A stretch of DNA of 64,000 bases from Tissierellales bacterium (GTDB lineage Bacteria; Bacillota; Clostridia; Tissierellales; Tissierellaceae). A model generated the notes under the pieces. The model saw only the letters and a list, made by a program, of their open reading frames with translations, made no database searches and had not been told where the DNA came from. The stretch is from positions 5,321 to 69,320 of the forward strand of contig JASLBE010000062.1 of the NCBI GenBank assembly GCA_030146705.1, read 5' to 3'. Made by a program: the position numbers and the translations under genes. Below are positions 57,305-64,000 of the stretch, piece by piece (the first letter of the stretch is position 1; each line of letters opens with the position of its first letter).

Positions 57305-58945
57305 ATGGATAAAAATATGTTTTGCTACCAGTGTCAAGAGACAATGGGTAATACAGGTTGTATAAATAGAGGGGTTTGTGGCAAGGGGCCAAACTTGGCT
57401 AAGCTTCAAGATTTACTAGTTTGGTTGGTTAAGGGGATTTCTGAAATTACAACTAGGCTGAGAAAAGAAGGCAAGGAGGTTCCTGCTGATATTAACCACC
57501 TATTAACAGAAAGTCTTTTTATGACCATAACCAATGCCAACTTTGATGATTTAAGTTTTGAAAATAGGATTGGAGAACTTTTGGAAGTAAAAGAAGAGCT
57601 CCTTGCTAGGCTTGATAAGATGGAAGGCCTTCAAGAGGCTTCTACTTGGTATGAACTGGATACTGGAAAATGGGCTGAAAAATCAAGCCTAGTAGGGGTG
57701 ATGTCTACTAAAAATGAAGACATTAGGTCCTTAAGAGAGCTAATTACTTATGGTATAAAGGGTTTGGCTGCCTATTCTAAGCACGCCAATGTTCTTCTTA
57801 AGGACAATGAAGATGTTGATATATTTATCCAAGCAGCCTTGGCCAGTACATTAGATGATAGTCTAGGGGTAGAAGATTTAGTAGACTTAAGCCTTAAGGT
57901 TGGTGAATATGGAGTTTTAGGTATGGCCCTACTGGATGAGGCCAACACTTCTAGCTATGGCCATCCAGAGATTACAGAGGTAGACCTAGGGGTTAGAGAT
58001 AGGCCAGGAATTTTAGTTTCAGGCCACGACCTAAGGGACTTAGAAATGCTCCTAGACCAAACCAAGGGAACTGGTGTAGATGTTTACACCCATTCTGAAA
58101 TGTTACCAGCCCACTATTATCCTAAGTTTAAGGCCTATGATAATTTTGTTGGTAACTATGGGAATGCTTGGTGGAAGCAAAGGGAAGAGTTTGAAAGTTT
58201 TAATGGACCAATTTTAATGACCACTAATTGTATTGTTCCTATAAAGGACAGTTATGGGGATAGGATTTATACAACTGGTGCGGCAGGTTACCCTGGTGTT
58301 AAGCATATTCCAGGTGGAATTGGAGAGGAAAAGGATTTTACTGAATTAATTGACCAGGCAAAGGCTTCTAAGCCACCAGTAGAGCTAGAAAGAGGAAAAA
58401 TAGTTGGAGGTTTTGCCCATAATCAAGTTTTCCAGCTAGCTGATAAGATAGTTGAGGCTGTGGAGGCTGGAAAAATAAGAAAATTTGTAGTTATGGCGGG
58501 CTGTGATGGAAGACATAAGGAGAGAGATTATTATACGGACTTTGCAAGAGCTTTAGCTAGTGATACAGTTATCTTAACTGCAGGTTGTGCAAAATATAAG
58601 TATAATAAACTGAAGCTAGGAGATATAGATGGGATACCTAGAGTTTTAGATGCAGGACAATGTAATGATTCTTATTCCTTGGCCCTAATTGCCTTAAAGT
58701 TAAAGGAAATTTTTGGGCTTGATGATATAAATGACCTGCCAATAGCCTATAATATATCTTGGTATGAGCAAAAAGCAGTGATTGTTTTACTTGCCCTACT
58801 CCACCTAGGGGTTAAAAATATCCACTTAGGGCCAAGCCTACCAGCATTTTTATCTGAAAATGTTCTTAAGGTTTTAGTAGAAAATTTTGGGATTTCAGGA
58901 ATTTCTACTGTTGAAGAAGATGTAGAAAAATTAATAAATAATTAA
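57305..58945 (+). CDS. hcp: Hybrid cluster protein / hydroxylamine reductase
   Basis: N-terminal Cys cluster MFCYQCQET...GC...GVCGK, then the later [13 protein letters not shown] and GQCND blocks. 546 aa. Confidence 0.95.
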   Translation: MDKNMFCYQCQETMGNTGCINRGVCGKGPNLAKLQDLLVWLVKGISEITTRLRKEGKEVPADINHLLTESLFMTITNANFDDLSFENRIGELLEVKEELLARLDKMEGLQEASTWYELDTGKWAEKSSLVGVMSTKNEDIRSLRELITYGIKGLAAYSKHANVLLKDNEDVDIFIQAALASTLDDSLGVEDLVDLSLKVGEYGVLGMALLDEANTSSYGHPEITEVDLGVRDRPGILVSGHDLRDLEMLLDQTKGTGVDVYTHSEMLPAHYYPKFKAYDNFVGNYGNAWWKQREEFESFNGPILMTTNCIVPIKDSYGDRIYTTGAAGYPGVKHIPGGIGEEKDFTELIDQAKASKPPVELERGKIVGGFAHNQVFQLADKIVEAVEAGKIRKFVVMAGCDGRHKERDYYTDFARALASDTVILTAGCAKYKYNKLKLGDIDGIPRVLDAGQCNDSYSLALIALKLKEIFGLDDINDLPIAYNISWYEQKAVIVLLALLHLGVKNIHLGPSLPAFLSENVLKVLVENFGISGISTVEEDVEKLINN

Positions 58946-58978
58946 AAAACAAGGAACCCTAGGGTTCCTTGTTTTTTT
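58944..58978. terminator. Bidirectional terminator between hcp and the convergent ABC operon
   Basis: AAAAAACAAGGAACCCTAGGGTTCCTTGTTTTTTT, a perfect palindromic hairpin with A and T flanks. Confidence 0.9.
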
Positions 58979-59028
58979 GGCTTCACTAAGGCCAATTTAT
59001 TTATAAAAATAAAATTTAGGGAGTGCAG

Positions 59029-60060
59029 TTAAAGCTTCTTCATTTCTAGTTGTTTTTTCTTATTTTGTTCCCAGGTATGAAGAAGTAATGATAGGCCTAT
59101 GACTCCATAGGCAATAAATACCCTAAAGTATTCTCCAATTTGGGCGTCTCCAATAATATTTTGCCCGGCTTGGGGAGATACTATAAAGAGTAGGTGGAAC
59201 AAGAAAGTTCCTAGGACTGCTTCTTTCCAAGAAGCCTTATCAACAGAGGCTCCCCCAATTAATAGGGAGGCAACAGCAAACAGTCCTACCTGCTCGTGGT
59301 TGTTAAAGGTGTTAAAAGTACCCATATTTTGTAGGTAGATTAACTGTCCCCAAGCAGCAATAACTGTTGATATTATAATTGAGATAATTCTCGTCTTATC
59401 TACATTTATTCCAGCTACACTGGAAATATGCATAGACTGGCCTACTGCCCTCATCTCTTGCCCAATTTTTGTCTTTAAAAGGAAATAAATGCCTATAAAA
59501 ATTGCAATTATAACTATAAAGGTCATAATTGGATACTTAGAGTTTGGGAAGATTGCCTTATCTAAGGAAGACTTTATACTTATTAGGTCCATAGTATTCC
59601 TAAGACCATCTCCAGAAGACCTTAAAAGAGCCTTATTTTTAAAAGGGATCAGCTTGCCTGCCAGGACTATAAAAATAAACTGGTAGACCCCATTGGCAAA
59701 GAAACCTAGGATCATAGATGTTATCATTTCTTTACCCTTGGCCTTGTTTAAAACCTTACCAACCAAGTAGCCAAGTAAAATAGCAACAGGGGTTGAAACA
59801 ATTCCAGCCAGTAAAAACCCTCCTAGGCCCTTAAAACCATAGTTCATTATAAAAATAACCCCTACCTGACCAGCCATAGCTCCAAGGACTATCCCAAAGT
59901 TTAGCCCCATTCCAGTTATGACAGGTATTATTAGGGAGGTAACTAGGACTAAGTTCCTAGCCAACCTTAAAATCATTTGCTGCATTACAAAATCTATTGT
60001 TAAGCCTGAGAAATAAAATCCTAAAATTGATAAAATTATAAAGAAAATAGGTACTATCAT
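59029..60060 (-). CDS. ABC transporter permease (CUT2 / BMP-type sugar or nucleoside importer)
   Basis: 343-aa polytopic protein. Overlaps the upstream permease gene by 4 nt. Confidence 0.8.
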   Translation of the reverse strand: MIVPIFFIILSILGFYFSGLTIDFVMQQMILRLARNLVLVTSLIIPVITGMGLNFGIVLGAMAGQVGVIFIMNYGFKGLGGFLLAGIVSTPVAILLGYLVGKVLNKAKGKEMITSMILGFFANGVYQFIFIVLAGKLIPFKNKALLRSSGDGLRNTMDLISIKSSLDKAIFPNSKYPIMTFIVIIAIFIGIYFLLKTKIGQEMRAVGQSMHISSVAGINVDKTRIISIIISTVIAAWGQLIYLQNMGTFNTFNNHEQVGLFAVASLLIGGASVDKASWKEAVLGTFLFHLLFIVSPQAGQNIIGDAQIGEYFRVFIAYGVIGLSLLLHTWEQNKKKQLEMKKL

Positions 60061-61094
60061 GCTGATTCACCTCCAGATCTAGTTAAAGCATAAAGTATTA
60101 TACCGTTACTAATTATAATCCTTACTATTTCCGACATAGACCCTTCTGAAATTATATTAATAACAGGAAGGGCTATAACAAGTACTGCTTGGAATAAAAA
60201 TGTCCCTATAACAACATGGGATATTTTTGCCCTATATATACTGGCCCCTCCAATTAAAATAGAGGCAACAGCAGGCATAGCCACATATAGTGGGGCATTA
60301 TATAGTTGTAAAAATCCAAAGGACTGACTATAGACTATAATCCCAATAGCCCCAAAAACAGTAGATAGTATAGTACCTTTAATTCTTTCCTTGTCCACAT
60401 CTACACCATTGGAAATTGCAAATTTTTCCCCGCTTCCTGCGACCTCCATAGTAACACCTGACTTGGTCCTAGTAAAAATATAGAATAAAAATGCTAGGAA
60501 GGCTACAGCTAGTAAAAGTCCAGTTGGCACAACTACCCGACCAATCTTAAAGGATAAAAAATTGTCTAGGATCTTTTCCATACTAGATTCTAGAGAAACA
60601 GTAGACCTAAGCCCACTTCCTCCCATAGCCCAAATAAGTTCTGGAGACTTAAAGGGTGCTAGAAGCCAAACTATGGACATAAATGAAACTATTGAAAATC
60701 CTACATAATTACCAACAGTCATCTCTTGGCCCTTGACCTTGTTTAGCATAAGTCCATAAACAAAGCCAGACAATACAGCCAAGGGGATGGCTATTCCAAT
60801 AGCAACAAAGAAACTAGCCCAGCCAGTAAGACCAAGTTCAATACTAATAAGTGCACCTAGGAGTCCAAAAATAACTCCAAGGGGTAGGTTGAAATTTAGT
60901 CCAATACCAGATTTAATACTAGGAACCATAGCCAGGACTAAAATTCCATTCATCCCAAACCTAACAAGAATATCTGAGAAGATATCTGCCAGGGGGATTT
61001 TTAAGTAAAAAGCCGCACATAATAAAATGAAAATAAAAATTAAAATAATTAACCTAGGAAAACCTATTTTTTTATAAATTCCTTTAATATCCAT
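60057..61094 (-). CDS. ABC transporter permease (CUT2 / BMP-type)
   Basis: 345-aa polytopic protein. Its start abuts the ATPase stop. Confidence 0.8.
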   Translation of the reverse strand: MDIKGIYKKIGFPRLIILIFIFILLCAAFYLKIPLADIFSDILVRFGMNGILVLAMVPSIKSGIGLNFNLPLGVIFGLLGALISIELGLTGWASFFVAIGIAIPLAVLSGFVYGLMLNKVKGQEMTVGNYVGFSIVSFMSIVWLLAPFKSPELIWAMGGSGLRSTVSLESSMEKILDNFLSFKIGRVVVPTGLLLAVAFLAFLFYIFTRTKSGVTMEVAGSGEKFAISNGVDVDKERIKGTILSTVFGAIGIIVYSQSFGFLQLYNAPLYVAMPAVASILIGGASIYRAKISHVVIGTFLFQAVLVIALPVINIISEGSMSEIVRIIISNGIILYALTRSGGESA

Positions 61095-62677
61095 TAGATA
61101 ACCTCCTTACTTAGATTTCCTGACATTGCCAACCCATATTTTGCATCAGAGTCATCAGGACTTAAAATAGAGGTTATCTTACCCTCTGTTACAATAGCAA
61201 CCCTATCAGCTATTTGCTTTAACTCTGCTAGCTCACTAGATGTTATAATAATAGTAGTATTATACTCTTCATTAAGCCTAATTAGGGTTTCTAAAACCAA
61301 GTTTTTAGCCCCAATATCAATCCCACGGGTAGGCTCAGAAACTAGGAGAAGGTCAGGCCTTAGGGTTAGGGCACGGGCAATACAAACCTTTTGCTGGTTA
61401 CCACCAGACAAGTACCTAGTATTTTGACTAGGGCCAGTACACCTAATATCCAGATCTTCAATCATTAGCTTAGTATGGCTCCTAAGTTCTTTTTTATCAA
61501 CTAGCTTAAATGGACCTACCTGTTTTAAAAAATCCCCCTTAATTTCCAGGGAAGTATAGGCAATATTTAGGTCTATAGGGTCATCTAGTAAAAGCCCAAC
61601 CCCCTTCCTATCTTCTGAAAGAAAGGCAATAGACCTTTCAAGTGATGCTCTAGGGCTATTTACTTTAATTCTTTCTCCATCCTTATAAATTTTTCCAGTA
61701 GTTGGGTAAAGTCCCATTACACCATTGGCAATACCCACCTTGCCTTGGCCAGCCAGGCCACCAATGCCTAGAATTTCTCCCCTCTTAACCTTGAGGTCAA
61801 TACTTTTGACCTGCTCCCCAGGCATATTCACAGAAAAAGAATCAAGTTCTAGGATGATTTCATCAGAAATATTAGGGTTTTTCTTTCTTAGCCTAGAGGT
61901 TGAAACATCTCTACCAACCATTAATTTGGCCATATCTTCTATGGAAATGTCTGAAGTTTTTGCAGACTTTACCATTTTCCCATCCCTAATAATAGTAATA
62001 TTGTCAGTAGTATCCTTGATTTCATTAAGCCTATGGGTAATAAATAAGACTGCAATTCCAAGCCTTGATAGGGACTTAATAATATCCAAAAAATCAGCGG
62101 CTTCAGACTCTGTAAGTACAGCAGTTGGTTCATCTAAAATAAGTAGTTTTAAGTTAGTCTTATCAATCTCCCTGGCAATTTCAATAAATTGCTTGTAGCC
62201 AACAGGCAGGTGCTCAACCTCCAAAAGTTGGTCTATTTTTAGGTCTAATTTTTCCAGGGCCAAGTTGGTATCCTTAGCCATTTCCTTAGTATCTAGCTTA
62301 CTTAACTTATTAGATCCTAGAAGTTTTTTACTTAGGCCAGACTTAGTATTTTCACGGTTAAGTTTTACATTTTCAGTAACACTAAAGCCTGGTATTAGCA
62401 TAAATTCTTGGTGGACCATTCCTATTCCAGCCTCCATAGCATCAGTAGGCCTACTAGGCTTGTAGGGATTACCATCTATATAGATATCCCCCTCAAAACC
62501 ACCAGTTTCACCAATTACTGGCATTCCAAATAGAATATTCATAAGGGTAGACTTACCAGCTCCGTTTTCACCTAGGAGCCCATGAATTTCTCCTTCTTCA
62601 ATAGAGAGGGAAACTTCATCTAAGACCTTATTTTCTCCATAGACCTTAGAAACCCTGTTAATTTTTAGTAATGCCAT
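61094..62677 (-). CDS. ABC transporter ATP-binding protein with duplicated ATPase domains (CUT2 type)
   Basis: First domain GENGAGKST / LILDEPT. Second-domain signature LSGGNQQKV / LLVSEPTRGID. ATG at 62677 lies 7 nt after AAGGGAG and is preferred over the 34-codon upstream extension in the ORF track. Confidence 0.9.
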   Translation of the reverse strand: MALLKINRVSKVYGENKVLDEVSLSIEEGEIHGLLGENGAGKSTLMNILFGMPVIGETGGFEGDIYIDGNPYKPSRPTDAMEAGIGMVHQEFMLIPGFSVTENVKLNRENTKSGLSKKLLGSNKLSKLDTKEMAKDTNLALEKLDLKIDQLLEVEHLPVGYKQFIEIAREIDKTNLKLLILDEPTAVLTESEAADFLDIIKSLSRLGIAVLFITHRLNEIKDTTDNITIIRDGKMVKSAKTSDISIEDMAKLMVGRDVSTSRLRKKNPNISDEIILELDSFSVNMPGEQVKSIDLKVKRGEILGIGGLAGQGKVGIANGVMGLYPTTGKIYKDGERIKVNSPRASLERSIAFLSEDRKGVGLLLDDPIDLNIAYTSLEIKGDFLKQVGPFKLVDKKELRSHTKLMIEDLDIRCTGPSQNTRYLSGGNQQKVCIARALTLRPDLLLVSEPTRGIDIGAKNLVLETLIRLNEEYNTTIIITSSELAELKQIADRVAIVTEGKITSILSPDDSDAKYGLAMSGNLSKEVI

Positions 62678-62801
62678 AAGATCACTCCCTTTCATTTTCC
62701 CTAAATCTTTATAAATAGTGCCTATTACCTGTAAAAATATATAGAAATAGCAAATAGAATATTCTATTTGCCATCCCATATAATATTAAACTAAAAACTA
62801 A

Positions 62802-63935
62802 TTAATATATTTTATTACCAAGAACAAAAACTAAGAAATTTTCGTGGTCGTCATCAAAGGCCTTAATTTTTAATTCTCCCTTGTCATCAGACACTTCTTT
62901 CATAATTTCTACCATCCTATTTGAATCAAACTTATCAACCTTGCCCTCAGCATACTCCATAGCATAAGCAGTACCAGCTTCTAAAATTACAGTAGCAGCA
63001 GGTTTAGACCAAGTACCAAACCTACCAGACCCACCTTTTTCTTCTATCTTACTAGCTATTTGTTCATTTAGGTAGTCAATATCACTAGCCTTGTCTTCAG
63101 GTATTTCAATACCTAGAGCACTAGGATAAGCGTGGTATGGGGAAGGGCAACATTGTTCTGGGAAAATTGCACCCTCTGCCAAGGTTTGCTTTATTAAAGG
63201 TTCCATCATACTACAGTTTGTACTGAAAAAGGCAGTATCCTTTCCATACTTAGCAACCTGTCTAGGTACATCTTCTAAGATAAATTGTTGAGAACCAGGA
63301 ACACCAGCATCAGAAGTTGGGTCTGGAGCATCTACTTCAACAAAATCAATACCAAGCTTGTCAGCAGCCTTTTTAAACTCATCCCTTCTAGCACCTAAAA
63401 GTTCCATAGACAAGTGCCTTGGGAAAGAATAATGGATAAAGGTTGTGGCACCCATATCTTTCGCCTTTTGCATAATAGATTGGCCACGAGTTAGTTGGTC
63501 AAGCTCTAGGATTATATCTGCCCTAGGACTAATAACCTCCACATCTTCGTGGGGAGCACCTATAACAAATAAAATATCATCTCTCATTTCCCTAATCTGG
63601 TCTATGGCAGCTGATATACCTGTAACACCTTCATACATTACAATAGCCTTAACCTTAGGATCCGCCCCTAGGGCTACTATTTGAGATATAGTAGTTTCTT
63701 GTTCAGTATCAAACTTAACTGGATATGTACGGTGTTCTATCTTGCTACCATACTTGGCAAGCAATTTTTCTCCAGTCCTAAAGCCTTCCTCCCCTTGGGC
63801 AACTGTACCAGTAATTACACCAATCTTATAGTCATTAGGATCACTAGGACCACCACCAGTTTCTTCCTTGGCCCCACAGGCTACTAAGGAAAAGCTAAGC
63901 ATCATGGCCATAAGTAGACTAATAATCTTTTTCAT
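62802..63935 (-). CDS. ABC transporter substrate-binding lipoprotein (periplasmic-binding-protein type 1; ligand unknown)
   Basis: Lipobox SLVAC. 377 aa. First gene of the SBP-ATPase-permease-permease operon. Confidence 0.7.
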   Translation of the reverse strand: MKKIISLLMAMMLSFSLVACGAKEETGGGPSDPNDYKIGVITGTVAQGEEGFRTGEKLLAKYGSKIEHRTYPVKFDTEQETTISQIVALGADPKVKAIVMYEGVTGISAAIDQIREMRDDILFVIGAPHEDVEVISPRADIILELDQLTRGQSIMQKAKDMGATTFIHYSFPRHLSMELLGARRDEFKKAADKLGIDFVEVDAPDPTSDAGVPGSQQFILEDVPRQVAKYGKDTAFFSTNCSMMEPLIKQTLAEGAIFPEQCCPSPYHAYPSALGIEIPEDKASDIDYLNEQIASKIEEKGGSGRFGTWSKPAATVILEAGTAYAMEYAEGKVDKFDSNRMVEIMKEVSDDKGELKIKAFDDDHENFLVFVLGNKIY

Positions 63936-64000
63936 AAAATCCCTCCTAAATTAATTTATAGTAACTAATAATAAAAATTAACTAAAAATTGGGAAAATTC

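Overview
AT-rich (about mid-30s % GC by eye) chromosomal segment from a low-GC anaerobic Firmicute, Clostridia/Tissierellia-like by gene content. All product calls come from motifs I recognise by eye in the supplied translations; no searches were run. I support about 63 protein-coding genes and found no rRNA, tRNA, CRISPR array, transposase, integrase or prophage gene. The backbone follows the conserved Firmicute housekeeping order: pyrG, fba-tal-glpX-rho-rpmE, prmC/prfA, tsaC-ywlE-rpiB-upp, the atp operon, murA, then mreB. Several accessory blocks interrupt it:
- An SLH-domain wall protein, a cysteine-desulfidase-family gene, and a translationally coupled ABC ATPase / 826-aa Ig-repeat surface protein / FtsX permease operon.
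- An isolated kal-kce pair (lysine fermentation) and an orphan carbamate kinase.
- A split chrA pair nested between prmC and prfA, and an NhaC antiporter.
- tagO-mnaA, then a PAS/sigma-54 activator with a near-consensus -24/-12 promoter driving thl-atoD-atoA-atoE.
- A BNR/Asp-box propeller protein.
The left end carries phnC(partial)-phnE, a cell-wall/lipoprotein cluster, a chemoreceptor, an orphan phnD, a small sigma factor, an MFS transporter and an Rrf2 regulator. The right end carries crp/fnr-hcp and a CUT2-type ABC importer.
I see no clear novel defence or mobile system. The best candidates for new biology are:
- The adaptor-less MacB-type ABC / giant CARDB-like protein module.
- The one-component sigma-54 circuit on the ato-like operon, with its upstream palindromes.
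- The split lysine-fermentation genes.
- A signal-less amidase with tandem lipoproteins.
- A predicted Na+-binding ATP synthase c-ring.
- Three orphan promoter-to-terminator units that may be small RNAs.
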